Source of the DNA: an archaeon
GTDB lineage: Archaea > Iainarchaeota > Iainarchaeia > Iainarchaeales > JAAZKV01
Assembly: GCA_041653195.1 (NCBI GenBank)
Contig: JBAZFU010000003.1
Span: forward strand, 8,912-72,911
Reading direction: 5' to 3'
DNA length: 64,000 nucleotides
A program made the position numbers and the translations under genes. Positions 55,501 to 64,000 of the stretch are shown here, in pieces (position 1 is the first letter of the stretch; the number at the start of each line of letters is the position of its first letter). Below the pieces are notes generated by a model. That model saw nothing but the letters and a program-made list of their open reading frames with translations. It did not search any database and was not told where the DNA came from.

Positions 55501-58500
55501 TGATAATTTCGAAGTTGAAAGAACTGTTGACGAACAAATACTTACGGTGATTCCGCCCGAAATTGAAGGAACAATAAAAATAGGCGAAGCGATAGGCCTT
55601 GAACAGGAAGTAATATTTGAAAACGGGACTGTAAGGGATTTGAAAATTGAAGGCGTTAGTTTCGAAGGAGGAACTAATTCATTGCTTACTTTTGGATTTG
55701 AAAGTCCTGCGGAAGGAACGACAATCGTTTCCGGTGCGGACAAAAACTTCACTCTTTCAATAAAAATAAAGAAGGACGCTTACAGACTTGAGGGCCCGAA
55801 AACCATTGAAGGAAAAATGATGGTTAGCGTCGGAGTGCTTGACACCACTGAAGGAAGTACTGATTCTGTACAAACATTCCTGACAGAGGTTCCGATAAGC
55901 ATAAGACTTACTCTTCCGGGTTACATTGAAAGCGACGGCTGTTTGCAGGTAACGCCGGGCGAAATAGAATTTATTAGCGGCGGCGAAGAAGCTGTGCAAA
56001 CAATTGAAATTGAAAACACTTGTTCTGCGGACGGAATCGATATTCCATTACACAATGTCGAGGCAAAATTGAAAGATGATTCAAAGTTTGGAAAAATAAT
56101 TATTGTGGGAGCAGATACAAATTTCGGAAGCGCCACACTGAGCACAAGTTACTCAACTATTGCTGATTTCATGGAAAGGGCTGCGAAAGAAAGCGTTACA
56201 ATAAAATTTTCTCCTTCAAAAACAATCGCTTCTGGAAAACAGGAAACTGTAATCGAATTTAGGGGAAAAAATACTCCCGAAGAGGGCGTTGACGAGTATG
56301 TGGGTTCAAATGTTAATTTGAAAATTACTATGAGCAATTTATCGCAGTGCGTTGAAATACAGGAACCTGCAGGCGGAGTGTTGCTCGAAGTTGCCGGATT
56401 TAATGACGGCCAAAGCGGGTTCATCGGAACAAATTATGCTCCGACGGTTTCTGCATATGCAATGACTTATCAGGGTTTTACTGACAGGGGAGGAGTTTCA
56501 TCACCATACGGGCTGAATAACAGTTATGGCAACGGGCTTCCTTTTACAAATTATGGTTCGCAGAATCTGGATGCACAGCAAACAGACAGTTTTGTGATAA
56601 AAAATAATTGTGTAGGCGATGTTGAAATTGACCTTGACCCTGATTCGAGAGTCAGCGTTGACGAAGAAAAATTCACTATAAGCGCGAATAACGACCGCAC
56701 GGTAACTGTAAGCCCTGGGTACACTCTCGGAAGGTACAAAGTGAAAGTTAATGCTAAGGCTGCAAAGACCGAAGATTCGTTGCAAAACATTGGCACAGTT
56801 AATGTTACTGTTCAGAAGCTTGGGGACACGGATGATGACTGCATAAAAGTAAGCACTTCAAGATTGAACTTTAATTCGTTTGTTCAGAGTCCTCAAACTT
56901 ACAAGGTTTACAATTATTGCTATGATTTGGGAACAACACTTTCAAGGGATCCGAACGCAGTTTCAATAAGCTGCACACCTCAATATAGCCCTCAGATGCA
57001 GGGATATCAGGCGCCTTACTTGATGTACGGACAGGAACAATTGTACAACAATAGTTACCCGTTGAATACTGGCGGCACTGGAACTGACTTAGTAAGTTAC
57101 CCTGGAATGTTGAATAATCAAGTGCCTTATTACAATGGTTGGGGCGGCGGAACCACTAATAACTACAGTTCAATGTATGATTACATAAGGCCAAACGGAA
57201 CTTGCATACAAAATAATTGCCAAATGGTTTCAGGAACGCAAATAATAAACAGAAGAATGACTCAGGGCGGACCAAATGGTTCAATAGAAGAACTAATTTT
57301 CCAGGTAAGCCCGAGTATGAATTATATTCCGCAGAGACAGGTTTACAATCAAGGTGCGCAAACTTACGGACCGATAGCGAGCATACTAATGCTTCAGAAC
57401 TTTGCAGGCAGCGCAAACACAATGACCAATCTTTATGGAACAATAAATGTTGAATATTCTAATCGTTACGGTTCGGGGCAATGCAAAAATTTCCCCGTAC
57501 AAATTGAAGACAATTGGAATATGCTTAGCCTGCTTGACTCGGCAATGCTTTGGGGTTCGAGTAATGCGGAACCGGGCGATTGTGTTGAGCCAAGCGCATT
57601 GGATATTGTTAGTTACTGGAAAAAACACGGGAGCTCCAGCGGAGTAGTTCCTGATTCATCTTTCAAAACTACGACTTATCTGCACGTGGCTGATCCGCCT
57701 GCAATAAGAGTCGGCGGCGGAGCAAGCTCTGTAAGCATTTTCAACATAGGATTAAATAGTTCCGGCGGAAAATGCGGGCTTAACGATTCGCTTACAAATG
57801 TTAAAGTCGGCGGAGGAAGCACTTACGGAGTAACAATAAAAGCGAGCACTGTTTCCCCTTCAAGCAAGAGCACGACTATGTTCGGCGGAGGAAAAGGAGT
57901 TAATCTTACAGTAGAAATAAACAGAAGCGGATTGAAATCTAACTGCGCATACATAGAAGTTCCTGTAACAGCGACACTAAAGAGAGCAATTAATATGAAG
58001 AGCGCGGAAGTTTCATGGACACTAAAAGTTCTTGTTGCAAAAGAAGGTTACAAAGTAGGTTCGCTTGAAGAATGCGAAAACGGGTCAACGGCAAAAACAA
58101 AGGAAGATTGTTTGAAATGGCTGGCTGATGAAAAGGCGAGCGCTCCGAAAGAAAAAACTGCAAAGCAAATATTGGAAGCGGTAAAAGCTGCGCACAAAGA
58201 ATGCACTATGCTTACTGAAAGCGATGTGACGGCGGTGCAAAAAGGCTCATGCAGAACAGTTACCAGCGATTATGGATTCAAATACATAAATATGACCGAG
58301 AGCCTGGCAGAACCGGTTGACTGCAACAATTTCTTCTGCAACAGCACACAGGCACAGGCATTCCTGATGAAAAGATACAAAGAAATTGATGATGCAATAA
58401 TTAAGCTTGAAGACATTGAAAAAGTTTGCAAAGAAGAGGAATCTTCCAGTATGCGCGACAATAGAACTTTAAATAATCTTTATTCGGAAGCAGAAAAAGT

Positions 58501-59932
58501 TTCTATTCCAATTTGCAACGGCACGACTAAGACTATGAAAAAGTTTTATACTGCCGAAGATGACAAGGGTTTAGTAACACTCGGCTACAAAATGCCTTCT
58601 AACACACCTGCCGCAAGCAAGGACAAAGTGCTTCAATGGGATAAGGACAGCGCTATTGCAGACATGATTGACCTGTTGAACACAATTATTACTTCAGAAT
58701 CTGCTGGAGCCGACAAGATTCTTTTGGAAGTGCCTTCAAGCGATGCGCGCACAGACACTCTTGGAAAAATAGGAACAAGAGTCGGAGACAACTATTATAT
58801 CCCGATTAAAAATTATCTTGAAATATTGAGAGCGATTAGCAAGAATGAATCCTGCAAACTGGGAGACGGAAAAGACTGCACAATTAGTGTGTCCTGCATT
58901 AACGCTACGCCGATTGTTCTGAAAAACGGGGATGCGCAATACCTTGCAGAAAATACTTTCGTAAAAAAAGGTGTTCCGGAAGTTACAAGCGACACAACCG
59001 AACAAAATCAGATTTACAAAATGAATCCTTCGCTGGGCAAAATACACGCTCTTGCGGATTTCAACATGCTACTAACAAAAGCGGATTTCGGCGAAGAACA
59101 ATTGAGTGCTTTCAACACTTGGGCGAACAGTAACGAAACCATAACTAGCGACAGCGCACAAAATTTAGTGGATTTCATGGAAGCCAAAGGCCTTAAATTT
59201 GAAGGAACAAGCACAAGCAAAGACGTTGGAAAATACTCTACAAATTTGAATTATAATTACTGCCAAACTGGCGATGCTGAAGAAAAACTTGAAATGACCG
59301 TTAAATTCGGCGACAAATCTGAAATTAAAGATGCGAAGAAAGCGAGCACAAACATTTTGCTGCAAAAGGGTTATGCATTCGAACCAAAATCTTCAAGTCT
59401 GGCCGAATCGGATAACGGAACAATATTCGGCAAAGGCACTGCGGACGGAAAAGGAATTTTCTATAAAAGAGTTCCTGTAAAAATTGAAGTGACTGCGCCT
59501 GCTGGAGAAACTTCTTTCGAATATGAGTTTATAAGCGCGCCCGAGGATGCTCCGAAAGAATTCTTGACATGGTATAATTCGAGCAACGCAAAATTCGGAA
59601 AAGGAAAACTCGGCACAGACAACAAATATTTATTGGGCGGAATACACGTTGGAAGCGCGACAACCTTGAAAAGCATTTATTATTTCCCTGAGGAAAACGG
59701 AAATTTGAAATTCTGGAAAGGAAAGTCGGGAGATTTAAGCATAACCGCGACGGATGTTACCGAGAAAAACAAATTCGGAACATCATCAAGCATTGTTGAA
59801 AGCAACGGAACACCTGTTATTCCGACGCCGCAGGAAATAATCGATTATGCGAATGAAACAACAAGCCAGAAAGTTTGCATCAGCGAAGAAGGCGACAGAG
59901 TATTCTGGAACGAAGAACTTATAATAAAATAA
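52562..59932 (+). CDS. 2456-aa N-terminally anchored giant surface protein (paralog B)
   Basis: FYFKLEDKWY...RGVPS + TM; carboxypeptidase-regulatory-like repeats (VLDADTGLPVLGAEV...TGATGQVSF); Tyr/Gly/Asn inserts; Cys-linked C-terminal region. Confidence 0.85.
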   Translation: MGITDSLKDFYFKLEDKWYGFVDKVSDTFPAFGNLVDAIEDRGVPSLPIVIALVLILIFGIYLIFALGGGSAVTFTVTDADKNPLVGANLTVFVEGNARESVPTGANGKVTVYLANGDYQIKIEKENFSPQTIDYTANGNDEQGIILLPQETTISKLVKLQTGNGALIPGNGTVIYSCEETGETGSASYSNGQFNAIFNNPCQTISVDSVSGYEITQGRISFSGSINSIEVEEKTINTGKVIVNLTSGSGDTPIHAGIKVLLVSVDSSVLPMTQLTQQTLSVAFDDVPTGAYHVVVSDPDGKFAELDSSSLEQPKTISKDETTTFNVTLQKSASVTLTISVLDADTGLPVLGAEVALMRENITLNTDVTGATGQVSFKIVEGSIYSVQVSHPNYMLANELSVSSAKPNVQINIVKANEANSRTLTVLAIDPDGEVISDAKVFLKKNDETQIGEPKVTGADGKTSFFNLELGETYYAYAIKEGFEGANSSTIQITPRVENLLRVTLNIGKGTMNISVMDSDSAILSGATVTAVDYFTGKTISQAATDAAGLASFEIRADKKVYFTAEASGYMKYFTSAVYPDVGAATDKEIIMAKETGSLSGEIIGIYSGNNLVSGGDNQSIAQGTYTVKAILTVPKGSFSEAGLHLRTGKAEEGVTNLMEEDSLYLGRIESSATKTIRGTTYTPTSGYDVDQKNLTSGNSKWANVTWKSPGAGTYEIESELVITNTDAGMPLDLWYRAWAKGSSVLRYPSDTPQQELYAKAKRYILSFDATNVCIGSFCRSYYIETLTGSEKGKRAYINNTFQAQKDTNYALVFTLTNNSSKTISDAELTVEGKSLTVSEITLDGKKVDSPVKLGTLDKGSFNSGRIIFDTTSAGVATLRLMINSTAKNEFDETITVSVPANKKFSLSMVPKEIIPYITNTLFFDVSDGNEPVSDAAIEIYSAKTLLGTVETTGEGLAEFDLAAPTPGKIIKIVAKKEGYDNFEVERTVDEQILTVIPPEIEGTIKIGEAIGLEQEVIFENGTVRDLKIEGVSFEGGTNSLLTFGFESPAEGTTIVSGADKNFTLSIKIKKDAYRLEGPKTIEGKMMVSVGVLDTTEGSTDSVQTFLTEVPISIRLTLPGYIESDGCLQVTPGEIEFISGGEEAVQTIEIENTCSADGIDIPLHNVEAKLKDDSKFGKIIIVGADTNFGSATLSTSYSTIADFMERAAKESVTIKFSPSKTIASGKQETVIEFRGKNTPEEGVDEYVGSNVNLKITMSNLSQCVEIQEPAGGVLLEVAGFNDGQSGFIGTNYAPTVSAYAMTYQGFTDRGGVSSPYGLNNSYGNGLPFTNYGSQNLDAQQTDSFVIKNNCVGDVEIDLDPDSRVSVDEEKFTISANNDRTVTVSPGYTLGRYKVKVNAKAAKTEDSLQNIGTVNVTVQKLGDTDDDCIKVSTSRLNFNSFVQSPQTYKVYNYCYDLGTTLSRDPNAVSISCTPQYSPQMQGYQAPYLMYGQEQLYNNSYPLNTGGTGTDLVSYPGMLNNQVPYYNGWGGGTTNNYSSMYDYIRPNGTCIQNNCQMVSGTQIINRRMTQGGPNGSIEELIFQVSPSMNYIPQRQVYNQGAQTYGPIASILMLQNFAGSANTMTNLYGTINVEYSNRYGSGQCKNFPVQIEDNWNMLSLLDSAMLWGSSNAEPGDCVEPSALDIVSYWKKHGSSSGVVPDSSFKTTTYLHVADPPAIRVGGGASSVSIFNIGLNSSGGKCGLNDSLTNVKVGGGSTYGVTIKASTVSPSSKSTTMFGGGKGVNLTVEINRSGLKSNCAYIEVPVTATLKRAINMKSAEVSWTLKVLVAKEGYKVGSLEECENGSTAKTKEDCLKWLADEKASAPKEKTAKQILEAVKAAHKECTMLTESDVTAVQKGSCRTVTSDYGFKYINMTESLAEPVDCNNFFCNSTQAQAFLMKRYKEIDDAIIKLEDIEKVCKEEESSSMRDNRTLNNLYSEAEKVSIPICNGTTKTMKKFYTAEDDKGLVTLGYKMPSNTPAASKDKVLQWDKDSAIADMIDLLNTIITSESAGADKILLEVPSSDARTDTLGKIGTRVGDNYYIPIKNYLEILRAISKNESCKLGDGKDCTISVSCINATPIVLKNGDAQYLAENTFVKKGVPEVTSDTTEQNQIYKMNPSLGKIHALADFNMLLTKADFGEEQLSAFNTWANSNETITSDSAQNLVDFMEAKGLKFEGTSTSKDVGKYSTNLNYNYCQTGDAEEKLEMTVKFGDKSEIKDAKKASTNILLQKGYAFEPKSSSLAESDNGTIFGKGTADGKGIFYKRVPVKIEVTAPAGETSFEYEFISAPEDAPKEFLTWYNSSNAKFGKGKLGTDNKYLLGGIHVGSATTLKSIYYFPEENGNLKFWKGKSGDLSITATDVTEKNKFGTSSSIVESNGTPVIPTPQEIIDYANETTSQKVCISEEGDRVFWNEELIIK

Positions 59933-59960
59933 AAAAATCAATTTTAATTTTCTAATAAAA

Positions 59961-60467
59961 GTGGGACTGATGGAAAAAAAACCCGCAATCGCTTTGCTGC
60001 TTTGCCTAATCGCATTATTTTTAGGATTCATTTATTCATTCGCAACTCCTTCACCGAATTTCCTGACATCAATACCTCTTACTTTTCTCGTAATCGGGTT
60101 TTTTTTAATGAGCGCGCTTTTTTTCGGATACCTTGCTTTTTTGCCGCACATATTTTACGGACTGGCAATAGGCTCTGAAAAAAACGCGGCAATATTTCTC
60201 TACATTTTTCCAATAGTGCTTGCCACATATGCGGGAGCAAAACTTGGTTTTGCGCTTGAAGCGGATTTCAAATTAGAAAAATATTTTTTAGAGGACGGAA
60301 AAAAGGTTTTTTGGATGCTGGTAACGGCAATCATTTTGGCGCTCGCAATTGAAATATTGTTACCGCAAATAATTTCGATGATTCCCGAAGGGCTTTTCGG
60401 GTTGGACATAAAAGGCGGAGAAACTACTGTGAGCCTGTTTGACAAACTTCGGGGACTTGCGCACTAA
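59961..60467 (+). CDS. Multi-pass membrane protein (possibly SpoIIM-like)
   Basis: 4-5 TM segments; sits between two giant-protein genes; likely start ATG 59970. Family assignment is weak. Confidence 0.6.
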   Translation: MGLMEKKPAIALLLCLIALFLGFIYSFATPSPNFLTSIPLTFLVIGFFLMSALFFGYLAFLPHIFYGLAIGSEKNAAIFLYIFPIVLATYAGAKLGFALEADFKLEKYFLEDGKKVFWMLVTAIILALAIEILLPQIISMIPEGLFGLDIKGGETTVSLFDKLRGLAH

Positions 60468-60598
60468 AAATCGCGCTTTTTAATTGATTAAACTTTTTAA
60501 CAATTAGGGTAAAGTATATAAATGACTGTAGAATATAGTTATGTAAGGTTTAGAATTTCTTTAGCTGGTTGGGAAAACGCTGGTTTGGTTGGTTACTG

Positions 60599-63500
60599 AT
60601 GGGCATTGGAGAAAAACTAAAGGACATTTACTATGCGGGAGAGGAAAAGTGGTATTCCTTCCTAGATAAGGTTGATGAACATCTTCCGGTTTACGGAATA
60701 ATTGACAGAATCGATTCGGTTGTGCCGAGTTTTGCTCTTTTTTTAGTTCTAATAATAATAATTTTGCTTCTTTTGGGGCTTTTCATGGTAGGCTTTATCG
60801 GGCCGGGCCAAGTTGCAACACTAAAACTAACTGTTTCCGACGAATCCGGAAATCCGATTGAGGGCGCATCAATAGCACTTTCAGGCCCTTTTGAATTGGA
60901 AGCGACTTCAAACGCTTACGGTTTAATTCAGGATGTGGAAGTTCCGCTTAATTCCACTATAAAAATTGTAGCATCAAAAGACGACATTACGCAAGTAAGA
61001 GAAATATTTATTTCCGAATTAAACCAAATAGAAGAAATTACTCTTCCTGTAAAAAGCATTTCTTTCGACGCAAAAACAATAAGACTTTTGACTCCCACTG
61101 GAAGCCTTTCCACCGAAGAAGTTACTCTTACCTTCTCTTGCACAACTCCTGGAGTTAACCCGCCGGACGAAGCGGTCACTTCAACAGGAATAGTAAATGT
61201 GAATGTGCCGAGCGATTGCGGAATTTTAATGGCAACGGTAAAATCAGGCAGATATAAGGCCGGACCATATTCAATAACTGCTTCAAATATTATTCGCCTT
61301 GAAGAAGTTTCAGCTCAACAGGCACAGGTAACTGTTAATTTGAAATATAATGGCGCATTAATCAGCGAATCTGTTCCGGTAGACGTTTATAGGGAAAATA
61401 ATTTAGTTTCGCCGGACGATACGAAAAGAGCTTACAACGGACAGGCAATATTTACTCTTGATGAAGGAAATTATTATTTCGTTACAAAAACTACGAGCAT
61501 TTACAAATCCGAAAGATCGGGCCTTACCACCGTAATTGGAAATAAGCCGCAGAGCGTTTCCATGGATTTGGACAAAAATGTTGTTGGAAGCATTCATGTT
61601 AATGTTACTGTAAACAGCGTGAGAACTGAAGGCGTTTATGTTGCTTTGAAAAAAGATTTAACCGAAGTAAACAACGGGGAAACCGATTCAAACGGAAGCA
61701 TTACTTTCGACGTTGAAGAAGAAGGAACTTATACTGTAATGGCTTCGCTCGACGGTTATTGCACGAACGCAAAATCGGATGTTGCGGTTGGCTCAACAGT
61801 TTCAATAAACTTGATAAGTAGCACTGCAAGCTGCGGTTCCACACTAAAAGCACAGGTTGTCGATTCTGACGGAAGAAGCGTTCCATACGCAAAAGTTGTT
61901 TTATTCGGCGAAAATGATGCGGGCGTATACAAATTAGGTTATACTGAAAAAGTTACGGACATAAACGGAATGGCTCAGTGGACAAGCATCCCTGATTCTA
62001 CCGACAAGCTAAGAGTTTTTGCTTACAAATCGGTGTACAACGGTTGGAGCGAGTCGCGCATTTTCAATTCTGGCAATGCGGATGTTCCGTTCGCGGTTGC
62101 ACTTGAAATCCCATACGGCACTGTAAATGTTTCAGTGAAAGACAGGGATGGAAACCCTTTGCAGTACGCGACCGTTACGCTTTACGATGATTACTCCCAG
62201 GGAAATGTGATAGGCACAAGGTTTGTGGAAAGCGCGGACGGAAAAGTTTCTCTCCAAGTAAAAGCGGACAAAAAAGTTTATGCAGTTGTTTCAAAGGAAC
62301 CCTCTGAAGCAAACGATTTGGGTTATGAAACAGTTACAACAGTTCCAAAACAGGTAATCGGAAACGGAGTGATTAATTTTGATGTTGCATTACCGAGACC
62401 GCCGCTCGAAAAAATAAACGCGGAATTTTTGGGGTTGTACAAGGGCGATGAAAAAGTTTTGAAGGTCGAGGCCGCCGGAGAATACGATGCGTTGTTCGCG
62501 ATTACTGCGCCTATTTCATACGATAATTTGGGATTATTTGTAAGAGTCGGCGCTGACAATGTTACAAAAACAGAGTTGGATAAACTTTACATAAAAGATA
62601 TTGAAGCGCCAAGAGTGCACACGATAACAAAAGGAAGTTCTTACAACGCGCCAAGAGGAGGGGAAACAGATTCTGAAAACCTTAACTTGGAAGAGAGCAA
62701 GTGGGCACAGGTAGTTTGGGCACAAAACAGTTACATTCCTGGAAAAATATTTGTAAAAGCGACGATAAAAATCAGGGATACGGCGCAAATGGGCGACCAA
62801 CTAATTATTGCTTACAGAGCATTCGGAGTAGAAAACGGTTTGTATGACAGGGACCCTGTTGATGACGCGCTTGGAACTGCAGAAAGCAGCAGCGCGAAAA
62901 GCCCGTTGTACGCGCAGACGAATGAAGAATACATGAAAGTCGGCGAAGAAACGCTGTGCGAAGTCACTGACAGCGGAAAAACATTCTGCGTAACTTCAAG
63001 TTACATTGACGCGAAAGAAAATTTCATTCATTACTTTGACACGAGCTTTGATGCAAAAAATAATGAGACTTATTATTTGGGAGTGAAGGTTCTGAACGGG
63101 GGCTCAAGACCGCAGGACACTTATTCGAATGCACAAACAAAAGTGCAAAACGACGAAGAAAACACTTACATGGGCGCTTACACTTTATCTACTCCAACAT
63201 CAATAACTTCGAGCGGAAACATAAACGGTTATGAAGGAGACTGGATTGACACTTCAAGCTTTGGGCAGGGCAGTTCGATTAATTTGCAGTCGCTCACATT
63301 AACACCTCAAAAATCAGGAACGGGAACAATTCTATTTAGAATAAGAGACGGAAAAGAATTGATTTTTGAAAAACCATTTACCTTGAATATTGCGGCTTCA
63401 GGCAAACTGCGAATTGAATTCATGGTTAACGGCGAATTCCAAGCGGAAATGCCCACACTATTATCCGGAAAAGATGAAAATGTTACTGTAAAGATTTTTG

Positions 63501-64000
63501 ATACGGAAACGAATCTTGAAGTCAGCGGAGCGATAGTGAAATTGTTTGACCGCTTCGGCACAAAACTTTACGAAAAAACTACTAACACAATCGGAATTGC
63601 GACAATAATTGTTCCGGCTGCGCTTCCGGGAGAAAAATTAACTCTGAGAATAGAGAAAGGCGGTTACGAGACGCTTGAGTTTCCTTTCACAATTAGCGAG
63701 GATGTTGTAACTGTTACGCCTGAAGACCTTTCATACACGCTTAATCCTCAAACAAAACCAACTGAAACAAAAACTGTTAAGATTGAAAACAACACCGGAA
63801 TCGATTTGACAATCAAAAATATAACACTGGTTGGAAAATTCAAAAACTTGCTTGATGAAGCGAGGATTGCGAGTGCGCTAGAAGTTTACAAAGGAAAAAT
63901 AATCAAGGCACAGGATTACGAGGAAATTGATTTCCAGGTAATACTTGCAGCGGTAATTCCATCAACTGATGATTTGGACGGAACGTTCCAGATAACACTC
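60599..64000 (+). CDS. Giant N-anchored surface protein (paralog C), 3' end outside the window; absent from the ORF track
   Basis: Manual translation MGIGEKLKDIYYAGEEKWYSFLDKVDEHLP...VVPSFALFLVLIIIILLLLG. The frame was spot-checked near 60.6-61.2 kb, 62.5-63.0 kb and the window end (1134 codons if fully open). Confidence 0.85.
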   Translation, partial: MGIGEKLKDIYYAGEEKWYSFLDKVDEHLPVYGIIDRIDSVVPSFALFLVLIIIILLLLGLFMVGFIGPGQVATLKLTVSDESGNPIEGASIALSGPFELEATSNAYGLIQDVEVPLNSTIKIVASKDDITQVREIFISELNQIEEITLPVKSISFDAKTIRLLTPTGSLSTEEVTLTFSCTTPGVNPPDEAVTSTGIVNVNVPSDCGILMATVKSGRYKAGPYSITASNIIRLEEVSAQQAQVTVNLKYNGALISESVPVDVYRENNLVSPDDTKRAYNGQAIFTLDEGNYYFVTKTTSIYKSERSGLTTVIGNKPQSVSMDLDKNVVGSIHVNVTVNSVRTEGVYVALKKDLTEVNNGETDSNGSITFDVEEEGTYTVMASLDGYCTNAKSDVAVGSTVSINLISSTASCGSTLKAQVVDSDGRSVPYAKVVLFGENDAGVYKLGYTEKVTDINGMAQWTSIPDSTDKLRVFAYKSVYNGWSESRIFNSGNADVPFAVALEIPYGTVNVSVKDRDGNPLQYATVTLYDDYSQGNVIGTRFVESADGKVSLQVKADKKVYAVVSKEPSEANDLGYETVTTVPKQVIGNGVINFDVALPRPPLEKINAEFLGLYKGDEKVLKVEAAGEYDALFAITAPISYDNLGLFVRVGADNVTKTELDKLYIKDIEAPRVHTITKGSSYNAPRGGETDSENLNLEESKWAQVVWAQNSYIPGKIFVKATIKIRDTAQMGDQLIIAYRAFGVENGLYDRDPVDDALGTAESSSAKSPLYAQTNEEYMKVGEETLCEVTDSGKTFCVTSSYIDAKENFIHYFDTSFDAKNNETYYLGVKVLNGGSRPQDTYSNAQTKVQNDEENTYMGAYTLSTPTSITSSGNINGYEGDWIDTSSFGQGSSINLQSLTLTPQKSGTGTILFRIRDGKELIFEKPFTLNIAASGKLRIEFMVNGEFQAEMPTLLSGKDENVTVKIFDTETNLEVSGAIVKLFDRFGTKLYEKTTNTIGIATIIVPAALPGEKLTLRIEKGGYETLEFPFTISEDVVTVTPEDLSYTLNPQTKPTETKTVKIENNTGIDLTIKNITLVGKFKNLLDEARIASALEVYKGKIIKAQDYEEIDFQVILAAVIPSTDDLDGTFQITL

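Overview
Gene-dense, AT-rich archaeal chromosome segment. The archaeal assignment rests on an A1-U72 tRNA-Gln without encoded CCA, GGTGA-type Shine-Dalgarno sites, archaeal Ogg, PAC2, a geranylgeranyl reductase, class III signal peptides and an archaeosortase-like gene. The style fits a DPANN lineage, possibly Ca. Iainarchaeota/Diapherotrites; that is my inference from recall, not a database result. 1-8 kb: surface-glycan cluster (nucleotide-sugar dehydrogenase, GT-C, GT2, GT4, acetyltransferase, two methyltransferases, flippase). 8-22 kb: mostly housekeeping genes (MTAP, an Ig/FN3 surface protein, GGR, tRNA-Gln followed by a degenerate mini-copy, a cN-III-like nucleotidase, UppS, ferritin-like protein, rubrerythrin, Ogg, DUF192, a first Tad/T4P ATPase plus two platform genes, PAC2). 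22-64 kb: a ~42 kb cell-surface super-locus containing a 1582-aa sortase-tailed protein, a second T4P operon with seven pilin-like genes (one missed by the ORF track), a stand-alone HD-GYP-like protein, an archaeosortase/exosortase, and three paralogous giant N-anchored proteins (2971 aa, 2456 aa, >1134 aa running off the window) plus a large pilin-like protein. This super-locus is the best candidate for an undescribed system, hypothetically a host-attachment or contact apparatus. No CRISPR array, rRNA, transposase or integrase was seen. Several starts were moved from the ORF track to better-supported ATGs.
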